Shown here one piece after another: positions 38,010-51,210 of a DNA stretch of 64,000 bases. Origin of the DNA: Eledone cirrhosa (lineage: Eukaryota); NCBI GenBank assembly GCA_964016885.1, contig OZ024741.1, positions 354,268,001 through 354,332,000 on the forward strand. The letters run 5' to 3'. Each line of letters begins with the position of its first letter. Within the stretch, counting starts at the first letter, position 1. The translations under genes were made by a program, and so were the position numbers. The notes beneath the pieces were generated by a model. It did not search any database. It saw only the letters and a list, made by a program, of their open reading frames with translations, and was not told the DNA's origin.

Positions 38010-40661
38010 CGTCAGGGAGAATGAGAGTAACTTGGTGGTGGAATAGTAGGATGGATGAAGATGGGCATGGAAAGAATGGTAAAATGGAGGCAGAAGAGAA
38101 CATTACCAAGAAGCTAGGAGGTAGGCTAGGCAACAAGTATATTCTGCAAGGAGGGAAGCAGGAAATAAAAAAAGTTCATGCATGTTATATGACATGAGGA
38201 CCAAAGACATAAGGTGTTCGGGACTGCTAGGCTGTGTGTCAAAGACAATCAGGATGGTGTTGAGAAAAAGCGAGTCTGAGATAACAATGGTGCACTTGCC
38301 CCCCACTGACACCCCGAAAGAAAGCAGCATGGAAGTGTCATTATGAGAGACTGATGAGAATGTGTGGGAGAAAGAGCCAGCCCCAATAGAGGAACCAGCC
38401 ATGCAAATAAGCAGCAGTGTAGTAAGGACACGAAGACAGGCAAAGCAGCTGGGCCATCAGAAATAGTTGCTGAGATGCTGAAAGCATCTGGGATGGTAGG
38501 ACACACCTTAACCATCAGTATCATAAATCAACTAAAACAAAGTGGTACTATACCTAATGATAGGTGTAGCAGCATCATTGTCAACTGCTACAATGGAAAA
38601 GGTGATGCACTAGATAGAGGAAACTACTGAGGAATTAAATTGATGGACCAGGACACAAAAGTGATAGTACAACTAATTAGGGATCAAATTAACCTAGATG
38701 AGATGCAGTTCAGGTTTGTACCAGTAAAATTACCACTGACGCTCTCTCACTTGTGAGGCAACAACAACAGAAGTACCTAGCTAGAAGTAAACCCCTCTAC
38801 TTGGCATTTGTTAACTGGGAGAAAGTGTTTGACAGGGTCCCTCCATCCGGAATCTGGTTGGCACTTAGAAAGCTAAGGGTAGATGAGTGGCTCGTGAGGG
38901 TGATAAAAGCCATGTACAGAACAAGGTTAAAATTAATAAAGACTATAGCGAGGAGTTTAGCATGCAAGTGAGGGTGCACCAAGACTCCGTTCTTAGCCCC
39001 CTCCTGTTCACTATTGTCCTCTGGGCTATAACACAAAAGTTTAAAACAGGATGCCCCTGGGAATTCCTGTATGCTAATGATCTACTTCTCATAGCTGAAT
39101 CTATAGCAGAACTAGAGAAAAACCTGGAATTGAAAGGTCTTAAAGTCAACTTGGCAAAGACCAAAGTTATATTATTAAGTAGAAAGGAAAACAAGACACT
39201 GATTCCTTCGGGGAAATGGCTTTGCTTAGTGTGTAGGAAATGGGTGGTTAGAAATTCGATCTTTTGTCCTAAATGCAAACTATGGGTACAGAAGAGATGA
39301 AATGGGATCTCAGACAGACTAGCAAAGAACATAGGTTTGACATGTGGTCGATACACAGGAGCAGTAAACAGCAAGTGCACTCACGGAAAACAAGCTCTAT
39401 CAAATTCTTAGAGGGTTCTGTAAAGGCAGTTGCCAGCTTCTGTTAACTGGGTGACCAAAATAGCAGTGGAGGCAAGTGTGCCGAAAGTACAGTAGCTGGA
39501 GTGGGAACAGGATGGAAAATGTTGAGGGAGCTACTACCGCTGCTAGCTACAAAAGATTTCTTCCCCAAAAATGAAGGGCAGATTGTATGATGTGTGTATA
39601 CACACAGCAATGCTGCATGGTAGTGAAGCCTGGGCAAGGTGTGCAGAGGACCTATGAAAACTGGAAAGAAATGAAGCCTGCATGTTCTGTCTAACCCATG
39701 CTAGCATGGAAAATGGATGTGAAAAGATGATGATGATGCTGCTCTGATGGATGTGTAATAGTAAGAATGGCACTGAGAGAAATAGGCTATAAGAGGGGTC
39801 AGATGCAGTGTGCAGGAGAGGAGATTGAGGTGGTATGGACATGTGATGCATACAAAAGATGACAGCTATATAAAAAAGTGAAGGGCATTCAAAGTTGATG
39901 GAAATGATGGAAGAGGAAGACCTAGGGAAGCTTGTGATAAAATGATAAAAGCTGACCTCATACAATTTTACCTCTCAAAGGTGATGAGACAGGATCAAGT
40001 TCTCTGGCATTATGCAGAAGACCTGCCTTCTCATACTTGGGATGAAGCAAAAGTCTAGTAGTAACTAGTATGCACCACTCCCCCTCCCATACACCTCACA
40101 CGCTTTAACACGATACCCCCCCCCCCCCCCACCCTTCACCAGCTAAGGACCTTACCTTAGACCTACCTCTCCAACCCCCATCCATCCTACATTCATGTCT
40201 CCCCCCTTCCACTTTCTACGTCTGATATCTTTTAGTCCAACCCATGCAAACAAGCATGGAAAGCTGAATACGCACCCTACCCCAATGCTGCTGAAGAAGC
40301 TAAAAGCTCCCAGTCTACTGTGTAAGGTGCTCATTCAAGTGACATGACAAAAGACCACCCAGTACACTCTGTAAGGCGGTCATACCAGTGACATGACAAA
40401 TAAGCGCTCAGTACACACTGTAAGATTGTCATGATGGTGATAACAAAAAGCACCCAATCCAACCTGTCAGTTGGTCATCTTGGTATCATTATAAAAAAAG
40501 CACCCAGTGCATGCTGTAAATGTGGTTGGCATCCAACCGTAGAAACCAAGCCCAAAACAGTTCCGTATGAGTAAGACACAGTCATCTGATCTGACTTGTC
40601 TCAGAACACGGCAACTCATCTAACCCATGGAAATGGACATTAAATGGTGAAGATGATGAAG

Positions 40662-40662
<1 letters not shown>
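38010..40662 (+). mobile_element. Decayed RTE LINE (RT to 3' end)
   Basis: KTGKAAGPSEIVAEMLKA, KGDALDRGNY, LYLAFVNWEKVFDRV, VHQDSVLSPLLF, EFLYAND, GLKVNLAKTKV, WYGHV with many disablements; UTR with tandem units and GAT tail. Confidence 0.9.
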
Positions 40663-40703
<41 letters not shown>

Positions 40704-41505
40704 AGTAGCTCCCACATCACCTTGTCAAATTCCACCATCCTACCATGAAAGACTTGTGAAGAGGTGGTGAGAACAGATCTCAAAATGTTGAATGTCACAG
40801 AGGAGATGCCAAAGGAAGGTAATAAGTGGAGAGAAGCTATGTTGGAAAAGACCTAACCAATCCATGGAAGCATGGTTAAGCGGGCATAAAAAGGATGATG
40901 ATAAAAGCAAATAAGAGAAATTATATTATGTATAATAAATTTGATTATATATAACATTTCCCAAGAGATCAGTTAATAGATATGCATATTAAGACAGTAT
41001 AAAATATATGTGTGGTAATGTAAGAATGGTGGATTGGCAGAATTGGTAGAGTATCAAATAAAATGCCATTGTGGTATTTGTTCTGGTTCTTTACATTCTG
41101 AGTTTAAATCCAGTCAAAGTCAACTTTACCTTTCAACCTTTCAAGGTTCGACAAAATAAGGTATAAGCCAAGTGCAGGGGTTGATTTAATCAACATTGTC
41201 ATTCCCCCAAATTTGCATGCAAGTTGGAATGGCTCTTCTAGTGTGTTTTCCTCACCATCCTCCAGGGAAATGCCTTCTCTATTCTGTCCGGTGGGGGTCG
41301 CAGGACAGCCAGCACGTGGGCCCCCATTTGTTTAAAACAGTGAGAGATGGGGAAGAGTGGGAGAGACAGAGGCAGTGAGAGATTGGTTCCTTTGCTGTAT
41401 ATGTATATGTTTCACGGACACACACTCACACTATCATATTGGTTGAACTTTTACAAAAATGTTTTACTAACTTATTTCTTTCTTTTATATATGTGGCATA
41501 GTGAA

Positions 41506-41830
41506 GGCACATGGGTGAGTGGTTAGAGTGTTGGGCTTGCAATTGAGAGGTTATGAGTTTGATACTCGGACTGGGTGATGTGTTGCGTCTTTGAGCAAGA
41601 CACTTTATTTCACATTGCTCCAGTTCACTCAGCTGTAGAAATGAGTTGCAACTTCACTGGGGCCAAGCTGTATCGGCCATTGCTTTTTCCTTGGACAACA
41701 TCGGTGGCGTAGGGAGGGGAGACTGGGATGTATGGGTGACTGCTGGTCTTCCACAAAAAGACCTTGCCCAGACTTGTGCCTCAGAGGGAAACCTAGGTGC
41801 AAAACCATGGTCATTAGTGACCGATGGGGG
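41506..41830 (+). mobile_element. tRNA/CORE-like SINE
   Basis: GGCACATGGGTGAGTGGTTAGAG head, CTTTGAGCAAGACACTTTATTTCACATTGCTCCAG core, body shared with 10925-11160. Confidence 0.75.
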
Positions 41831-42943
41831 CCTATACAACTACTATATTTGTTGCAGTGGAAATAAATGTATGACGCATGTATGAAATGGATGTATGAGG
41901 CTTAGATTAAACTATTGGATTTCTCTTTGAGAATCAAATACACCATGAAGCTATATACTAGACCTCTGAGCGTTCCAGTTGATTCAATCAATGGAACAGC
42001 CTACTTGTGAAGCATTCTTGATTCCAACTTGCTGAGCATGCTACAGATATCTGTACCCTTCTCAGGGAAATTCAGTGTGGCACAGGGTATGACACATGAC
42101 TAACCCCTTACAGGCAACTCTTTCTTTCTTTGTTTTTTTTTACCAGCTGAATGAACTGGAGCAATGTGAAAGAAGTAAAGTGTCCGACTGAGGACACAAC
42201 ATACCACCAGGAATCAAACTACAATCTTACAATCATGAGCCAAACATGCTAACATTCAGATTGAGGAAATTAATTGCAGAAATTTGCCAAAGTGGTTCAA
42301 TCTAGGAATATATTGTCTAATTAAAATATTGCTAATGAAATCTAGCTTGGATTGGTGCAATTCCTCAGTGGATTTCCATCAAAACACTCAATTCCCTACC
42401 TAAAGAAAATGAACATCGCAGCTTTTAAGGTCGCCATTAAGTTAAAATAGTAATATGCTGAATATGAATGTCTTCCACAGCAGATATTGGAGCTAGGATA
42501 TAATTCCATTCAGTCCATATAGTTTATAACAGCTCCTGCTTCATGCATTCGTTTCCACTGCAACACATATTTCTGTCTCGGCATACCTAGCTACTAACTC
42601 ATCATTGGGGAAATTGTATATGTAATCAAATCTCTTTTACATATTAGAATTTGTCTCTTATTTGCTTTCATAATAATCATCATACTCATTATCTGCAACA
42701 TTTTTTACTACTATCCATCTTATTTAAAGTTCTCGTCATTTTAATAAAGTAGCTGGACCAGTACAAAAAAATTATACATGGATAGAAAATACCAAGGTCA
42801 ACACAAAGAAATTAAGATAAGTCCTTGGAAAGCTAATTATTGCTGAGTTAGATAAAAATCTGTTTAATTCTTAATACCCTGTATCACATGAAACAAGACA
42901 TTCTTGAAAAAGACAAAACATCACAGTGAGTGCATCACATTAA

Positions 42944-43131
42944 CCCTTTAGCATTCACATTACTCTATATATACCATTATATTTTCATGGTAAAGGCTTT
43001 ACCTCACATAATATCAAATCTATGAGATTTTGAAAGTATTTATTTTGAGAACAATACCTTAACATCAGTTTGAGCGACCAGTTACAGCCAGTTTCAACAG
43101 AAAGAGGTAGAGAATTCTGGCCATTAAAGGG
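42944..43131. mobile_element. piggyBac-type MITE (family 1)
   Basis: TTAA|CCCTTTAGCATT...TAAAGGG|TTAA. Confidence 0.78.
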
Positions 43132-44711
43132 TTAAAAATGAAAATCTTACTCTATTACTGCAAATTTTCAAAATGATCTGTTCCCTACTAGTAAAGATAC
43201 TATAAACATTTAAATTAACAAACCACAAAAAGATTTTCTTGAAAAATACAAAACAGCACTATGGTTGCAACACATTAAAAATAATAATAATACGGGAAAT
43301 TTTCACAATGATCTGTTCACTAGTAAAAACACTATAAATATTTAAATCAACAAACCTGCTTTTAAATATTTTCTCCTAAATTATTACAGGCTGTTAAGAG
43401 TTAAATGTTCATGGAAGTTTGTTTCCCATCCATATTTTTTAGATTTGTGTGGTCTCATGGTCATTCTTTTCTAGTGTATGTACTTCCTTAGGCAAGCGAG
43501 GGCATGCATTCTTTTTCTGGCACCTTGCTAATTTGGGAAACAATCTGATAACAAGGCGAAACAACAACAACAACAATAATAAAACCATAATGTCTTAATA
43601 AAATTTAAATTAAATTACCCCTCTATATATGTTAAGATGTTGCGGTGGTGGTGGTGGTGTTATTTCACCTTGGCAACTACTATAACAAATATCTCTATGA
43701 AACTACATGGCTGAATCAAACAAAATTCAATATACTTGTTGATTTATCAGAAGGGATAATAAATCAATCCTTTTGATACTAACCTGTCTGAATCTGCTCT
43801 GGATTCAATTGATACACAATTGCTCATTTTATAACATGTTCATACTTATATTAAAACCTTCCATCATAATCTTATTTAAGAAAATTTTGTTAAGCAATAA
43901 TTGATAATAATTATTACAACAAACTCATTATAAACATTTCTTTATTCAGTTTCTGTGGCTAATGATTATATTTGGGAGTAAGATGGATCTAAAATGGAGA
44001 CATTCTCTTCATCTACAGTTTCACGCTGATGTTGTATTCTATTTCTACACAGACTCTCACACCGATGTCATAGTTTTTTTATATCTCTATATAAAACCTC
44101 ACACAGATGTTGTCTATCTCTACATCAAAATCATCATATTAATGCTGTAGTCTATCTCTTCTTCATCTAGAGCTTAACACAGATGTTGCAGTCTATTTTA
44201 TTTACAAACTAAGCAAATAGAAAATGTCTATGTTAACTTGGATTTAAAGTTCATTGTTCAGTTGATATAGTTTCTGTTCACACTTTATTGTATGCACACT
44301 TTTAACTCTTTTGTTACACTATTCCTTATGAAAAACACTCCCTATGATTTTCAATTAATTTTTTAAATAATCAAGAATTGGAGGGATTTAGTAATATTAT
44401 TTTTACAGCATTAAACTAATGTTTGAAACATAATAAATTTATGATAGGTTTTTAGATAAATATAAACATTTGAAAATAACTTTCTATCATAAAATCTTGG
44501 GTGGTTTCAGGCAATTTGGTATAGAAAGGGTTAAAACATGTAGAACCAAAATGGACAAAAGCATATGGTATGGAACTTTCAGTACATGGATTTTGTTGTG
44601 TATTTAAGCAGTACACCAAAGTCTAAGCACTTCAGTTCAGCCTGTCCCAAGAAATATATAAAAGATAATAATCTAGAAATAATACTATAGATATGTGAAA
44701 CTGATCTACAT

Positions 44712-45040
44712 ATCATCGTTTTTACATCCGTTTTTCCACACTTGAGTTGGACGGATCTTTTTCAGTACAGCATCTCTCCACTCATTGCATTTCTTTGTCA
44801 TACTCTCTGCGAGTCTCAGCGATATGAGGTCAGCTCTCACCACCTCTACCCAGGTCTTTCTTGGTCGTCCTCTACTGCAGCTTCCATGCTCTGGCATATC
44901 CAGGCACCTCTTCACCCATCAATCATCCTCCATGTGCATCACATGTCCATCCCAACGGTCTTCTCTCTTGCACACCACCTCGGATTCCTCTTAAACATAG
45001 CTTCTCCCTCAGTTCATCCAAACTCAGCTTTTCTCTCACA
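44712..45040 (-). mobile_element. RTE LINE 3' fragment (short-UTR family)
   Basis: Minus frames VQERRPLGWT, MKRCLDMPEHGSCSRGRPRKTWVEVVRADL; tail GAAAAACGGATGTAAAAACGATGAT. Confidence 0.8.
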
Positions 45041-45474
45041 TAACCCAATGGAAAGTCATCTGTCACCCACTTATCACCAGAAGATCAGAGCTACTTATCA
45101 GCTTTTAATTACAGTAGAGCTTGCAATACATTTAAAACAATATTTCTATTGAAATACACTGCTTTTGTGTGCATCATTTAATTTTGAAAATTTGAAGAAT
45201 TTAATGAGATAACTAACCTTTTCATTAGTAAGCAGATGTTTGAAACACTACTTAACAAAAATTCCTTAAATAGAATTATGATGGAAGGTTTTGATATAAT
45301 TATGAACATTTTTAAAATGAGCAGTTGTGTATCATAGAACCAGGGCAGTTTTATGCAAGTTGGCATCAAAAAGCTTAAAGATATAAGCAGTGTCGTATTT
45401 AGGACAAATGAAGCCCTGTACTAGTTAAGTTATGAGGTCCCTTACTAGGGATCTGAAGAAGGTAAAAAAAAATG

Positions 45475-45755
45475 TTGGCAGGAAGAAGGATCATCTTTAA
45501 ATGAGACCAACTGAGTTTATGGATGTTATCCAACCATCTTGCCCATGGTCTACCCATGGTCTACCCGTGGGTCTCCTGCATGTTAGTTTTGCCAGTAAAA
45601 TCTGTCCACCAATTCTTTCCTTAGACATTCTAACCATATATCCAAAGTACAAGAGCTGTATCTCTTGATACAGAGAAGTAGCAGCTCTACTTGGAATGAC
45701 TCCCTGATCTCTGAGCTACACATCCTATCAAGTAACATTACTCCAAAGACCCTAA
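45475..45755 (-). mobile_element. Expander/Rex3-like RTE 3' fragment
   Basis: Minus RVFGVMLLDRMCSSEIRESFQVELLLL, RRPTGRPW; a related plus-strand piece lies at ~55885-56090. Confidence 0.6.
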
Positions 45756-46864
45756 CAACGCCACATCATTTCAATATGTTAATTCAATTCAGAATGCTGT
45801 CATGAAAGTCTCTAGAAATACTAGAAAATGGTTTTGTTTTACTTCGATATTATATTCTATTTATAATTTATTTCAGATGTAGAAGGGAATAGAAGTTGAC
45901 AGGCAAGACGAAAATAAATTGTAAAATCAATACAATTAATAATAACTATATTAAAAAATAAATCAGTCTGTCAGAACATAGTACAATGTACAATTAACTA
46001 TAATAAAAAAAAAAAAGATGTACGCTTTGCTTTTTTTTTTATTTCCAAAAGTATACAAAATTTCAAACAACAAAACAGTTTTATAAATCCCAATACTATG
46101 TCATTTTTAAAATAAATTGGAAGCTAAAAAATTTCAAAATGTAATATGACCATTCATTTTATGCAAGTATACCTATATAGTGTCTTGTTTTTTTTGTCCC
46201 TTGACGCAAATATTGTTTATTTTATTAATACAATGCAGCATTCATTTCAGCTTGGGGATATAGGGACGTTGGCATGGCAAACAGTATGACTTGGGCATCT
46301 TAAACCTGGCAGATGCCATCCTTCTGAACAGAGCCAATTTCTTCCAGATGTAGAGGAAGAATTCACCTCTACATTATGTACCCAAAATACTACTGTTACA
46401 TTAGAATCTGTTTCAAAGAATTGTCATAGAATTAAAGAACAATTGGACACAGACATAAGTGATTGTGATTTATTAAGAAGTTTGCTTCACAACAATGTAG
46501 TTACAAGTTCAATTGCACTGCACAGCACCTTGGGTATGGTTAAGACATTTGTTTTGCAATAACAAGATCTAAGGTTCAATTCTGCTGCAAGGTATCTTAG
46601 GCCATTGACTTTTACTATAGCCTTAGATCAGAGGTTCTCAAACTTTTGGGGCTGCCAATAGGTTCAGTTGAGTCACACACTATCATTTGATTCTGCTTGG
46701 TGATATTTCAAGGATAAACATGTCTGTAGAATATTCAGCCATTTAGACACTAATTCAATGAACAGGTAATCCAGTTGATTGAATATCTGAATATTAGTCA
46801 TCAAAACTAACTGAGATCCATTTTATTACTTTCTTTTATCATCTCTAACACTACTAGCTTGCTA

Positions 46865-47085
46865 TCTATATATACATTTGAGCAACTTCCGACTGTCACA
46901 CAATGTGTGTGTTTATGTGTGTTTATGTTTATGTGTGTTTATGTTTATGTGTGTTTATGTGTGTGTGTGTTTATGTTTATGTGTGTTTATGTGTGTGTGT
47001 GTGTGTGTGTGTTTATGTGTGTGTGTGTGTGTGTGTGTGAGTGTGAGTGTGAGTGTGAGTGTGTGTGTGAGTGAGTGTGTGTGTG

Positions 47086-47116
<31 letters not shown>

Positions 47117-47268
47117 TTTTTTTTTTCATGAATGTATGTCTGTGGGTGTATTTTTGTAAGTGTGTGTGTTTGGGCATCCATATCTATATACTCATACATA
47201 TAAATGTATGCATATGCACATACACACAAATTTTCACATACACATCAGCATGTTGAAAAGATTTCTAG
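46865..47268 (+). mobile_element. Short non-autonomous Helitron (family 3) carrying a compound GT microsatellite
   Basis: A|TCTATATATAC...TCAGCATGTTGA hairpin...CTAG|T; homologous to 62783-63091. Confidence 0.7.
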
Positions 47269-47604
47269 TATTCTAATACTGATCATCTAACATAACCTAA
47301 TTACTAGTTCAACAGAAAGATTAAATATTCACATGAAGTATTCAGTGTATCTATTTCAGAGCTCTCGGTACAAATAAAACCTTTCTAAAAAAAAACTTCC
47401 AATGAACCCTGTTCCCAACAACAAAGTAAAGAATTATTTCTTTGCTCTGAAGCCATTTAATTAATTTCGAAACCATTTAAAAGGCTTCTTTAACCATGAA
47501 GTTTAACATCTGAAGTTTGTCTCTTCTATTGTAGAACATCATAAACAAGAAAACAGTTGTCAAACAACAGAAAATATAATTTTCATTTCAAATAATAATA
47601 ATGG

Positions 47605-47817
47605 TTTCTTATATAGGCACAAGGCCAGCAATTTTGGAGGAGGGGGGAAAGTCGATTAAATCGACCCCAGTGCGTGACTGGTAATTTATTTTAGCGATCC
47701 TGTAAGGATGAAAGGCAAAGTTAACCTCGCCAGGAATTGAACTCAGAACATGAAGGGCCGTAACTATGCTACAAAGCATGTAATCTGACGTTCCATCGAT
47801 ACTGCTAATCCACCACA
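47605..47817 (-). mobile_element. Nin-domain-like SINE
   Basis: GTAAGGATGAAAGGCAAAGTTAACCTCG...GAACTC...CTGCTAATCCACC is the reverse of the SINE consensus. Confidence 0.75.
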
Positions 47818-47879
47818 ATCTAAACTATAATAAAGTAAGGAGTGCAGGACTGCGTACGGTTTATAATTTTTTATCCCAT

Positions 47880-48294
47880 TAGTAAAATAAGTTGGATTAC
47901 TTTGAATAAATAATGAATGAATATTACATAATTTATCTACTAAATTTCATGACTTGATTAAATATATTTTATTGTTTATTTAAAGATTCACTTCTTTAAA
48001 ATTTTCAAATGTCAACACTTCTGGTTAGCAATCGCTTATATAAACATTCATATATTTCCATCGCTAATTTTCTAATGCAGTCTATATATAATATCTTTTT
48101 TTAATGTATCATGGATTACGTTACTGATTACATAAGACAGTGTAACACAGTCTTCGTTCAATTTCTGTGTATATTGTCAATTACGATTTTATTTGTTGTA
48201 TCATATCTACATGCATATATACTTGCGTATAATATCAATATACACACTACACATGCTAGCAGAAAAACCACCCGAGGGGTGATTTTTCTGCTAG
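47880..48294 (+). mobile_element. AT-rich repeat ending in a CTAG-terminated palindrome (Helitron-like family 2)
   Basis: Aligns with 56430-56987; ends CTAGCAGAAAAACCACCCGAGGGGTGATTTTTCTGCTAG|T. Confidence 0.55.
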
Positions 48295-48526
48295 TAATAA
48301 TAATAATGATGGTGTTGATTTCTTTATTAACCACATATATTAAGAAAACATGAAAGATGGCACAGGATGACACATTGTGGGAGTTTTGTGTGTAAAAAAA
48401 GGTTATAACATTTAAAAAAAAAATCAAACAAATAAAAGAAGACCTTTGAGGGTTACTCGTGGCGACGCCCCACAAAAGCCACGATTACCCTGACAACAAC
48501 AACAATTAGTATTATTATAATCATCA

Positions 48527-49716
48527 TCTCTGAAAGGCTAGGGGGACTTGGAAAATGTGTACATCGCGTCCATCATCTATTACTGCCTGGACATCAAGCC
48601 TTACCCCCCTTTATACCTCAACAAATTGAAGCGCCTTCTCTTCAACTTCTTATGGAAGGAAGAGCTTCCATTAGTGAGGCAGTCAATCTGCAGCCAACAT
48701 CCTCTACGTGGAGGGCTGGGCATGCCATTGGCTGAAGGTGTGCAAATATGTGCTGAGGCTACAGCATCTCCAGATATCCCTAAACGGTGAACAGGTGTGG
48801 TCACTGTTTGTGAGACAAATCTTTCTGCAGCTCATCTTTTAGATTGTGCTGCAGTTGTGGGTCAAGAAGGGACTGAGACTGGGTGCTTGGCATCTGGAAA
48901 GTTGATAGGTGCTCATTAGCCTCTACCAGCTGGGCAATGTGGTCAGTGGAATAGTGGACTAGTGGTGGGCAAGTGCGATGACATTCTCAGGGTATCAATG
49001 AAATCAAACCAACCAGTCTGTTCCAAAAAACTTTTTAGCCAGAGGCTATAGACAACTTCCAGAAATCCCTGGTGTGGTAGTGCTACCAGGGGCCCCTACC
49101 AGTTCGAGATAAACTCTATAAGCATAAAAGTATGGTCAGACAGACCTGTCCCAAAATACACGTAGAGCTACAAAACCATTCTGCATGCACTTGTCCAGTG
49201 CATTACTGACTTGTGGGGTTTTGTCAAACAGCTATAGACTAAGTCCATCATGAAGATTGACCCACCATCCTTTTGGGGCTGGCAAGAGTAGGCAATTTTC
49301 CCCTGCCTGGAGGCTATAGTGAAAGAGGTTGTGTAGTGGATGTGGCTGAAAGGACTGAAGACAGACACTTTCCTCTTTGGTCAAGCCCTCATCAACCTTT
49401 TCAAGTTCTGCTTGGAAAAGAAGATAAGGGTGGAGAGGGAAGTGCTACTCCCCAGCCAGTACATTTGTTAAAAGGTGGGTGAATGTAGTGAAAATGGCCT
49501 ATCTGAATGGGCCTACTCTGACCATTCACCTCTAAACTGGATAGTTTGGAGAGGGGTTCCCGAGTCACCCCTGGTCGATACTCCCCCTATTGGGGAATTT
49601 CATTGTTATACTTGTATTGTTTGTATTATCTTTTTTTTTACTCAATTTCATGTAAACCCCCACTGTCTGCTTTTGTATTGCCCCCTATATGTCAGCACAT
49701 GTCCAAAAAAGAAATT
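48527..49716 (+). mobile_element. Old 5'-truncated Tx1 copy related to the element at 4794
   Basis: SLKG*GDLENVYIASIIYY..LFNFLWK..PLVRQSICSQHPLRGGLGMP; IDNFQKSLVW*CYQGPLPVRDKLY; similar 3' UTR ending GAAATT; many stops. Confidence 0.88.
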
Positions 49717-49879
49717 ATCATTATTTGAAACCTTTGAATTCTGCTTTTTTCCCATACCATGCCAAGTGTCAGCCCGAGACCTGAGGCAAAATTTGATAAT
49801 GCATACATTTTGCATAATACAAATGATGCCATAAGGACATAAACAACAGTAAATATGTTTGCAAGATATTTAAATTAAT

Positions 49880-50960
49880 AATTCCCTTCTCAGGACATGA
49901 ACACGCCAGTCAGCACTACTTTCTGTATCTCTTGCAGTGATGGCTTTTCATGTATCTGGTCTAAATATTCTTCAGTACCCTTTTTTATCATCCTAAGTAC
50001 ACCAACTATCACTGGTGTTGTAGAGGCTTTAAGATGCCACACTTTTTCAATTTTAATTGTCAGATCTTTATATTTACTGAGCTTTCAGAACCTTTTCAAG
50101 ATATTACGATCTGATGGAATGCTCATGTCAATTAAGGAGTGTGTTTTCTTTTTATGGTCAAATTATATCAGGTCTATTGGCCTTTATTGTTCTGTTGGTG
50201 TTCACAAGGAAGTCCCATTGGATTGTCACATTCTTGCCTCCTATCACTCAATTTGGGTGATTGTTGTACCTTTTCCCCCTGTTTTTATACCATAAAACCT
50301 GCATATTACCCAGTGTAAATATTGCCCAACTCTATCATGCTTCATTTTATATTTCTGGGAGCTATGGTCTCAGCATGCTCATCGCAGAATCAACACTAAG
50401 TCACTTTCATTTCTGATCATATTGGCTTGAACGACACTGGTCTAGTGCAGCCAAAATGAAGCTCTCTCTCTGCTTTCAGCCCAGAACTCTGCAACCACTG
50501 ATGGGTGAGAGCTTGATCTACATCAGGTTCTTTGCTACGGAGAACATACTGCTCATGCAGTGGTTTTTGCTTTCATTAAGTGCATAGTCTCCGTTGACTA
50601 TGCTTTGCCAACATTTTGATGTTCTTTGCAGTTTTAATTGCAGAATTGCCATAATTTTCAAACTGTATTCCCAATTCCCGATGATGAGGGACAGAGACCG
50701 CTGGAGAGAACTCATCCATGGATCATGTGAATTTGACCCGCCCTAGATAAATAGATTTCCAATTCTTCAGCAAACTTCCTATGATTGGATGTAATCTCTT
50801 CTTCCTTTCGTGATCTGCAACACTTTCAGCAGCCAATCATCTGTACTCTTTGAGTCCAATGGTTGATATTTAGTACGACAGCTCACGCTTGATTATTCCT
50901 CTACCTCCATTTGGTCTAGGTGGATAGAGGCCATCCACATCTGTTTTGGGGGTAATGTAG
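49880..50960 (-). mobile_element. Decayed R4/Dong-like non-LTR retrotransposon (post-RT region and restriction-like endonuclease)
   Basis: Minus pieces DVDGLYPPRPNGGRG, KPLHEQY..DVDQALTHQWLQSSGLKAE, HDRVGQYLHW, WDF..RTIKANRPDI, LIDMSIPSDRN, KLSKYKDL, PVIVGVLRMIKKG. Confidence 0.82.
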
Positions 50961-51019
50961 CTTATTACAGGACAGAAGTTTCCTGATTTTAGGGTCATAC
51001 AATAATTATTATTATCATC

Positions 51020-51210
51020 AGTGGATTGGCAGTATCAGTAGAGGGTTGGATGCCATGTTTTGCAACATATAGTTACACTCCTTAACAGTCTGAGTTCAAA
51101 TCCCGCCGAGGTTAACTTTGCCTTTCATCCTTACAGAGTCAATAAAATAAAGTACCAGTAATGCACTGGGATAATTGCTGGCCTTGTGCCAAAAGTAGAA
51201 ACAATTATTA
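51020..51210 (+). mobile_element. Nin-domain-like SINE (followed by a second SINE head at ~51218)
   Basis: GTGGATTGGCAGTATCAGTAGAG...GAGTTCAAATCCCGCCGAGG...GTAGAAACAATT; ATTATTATCATCA on both sides as candidate TSD. Confidence 0.82.
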
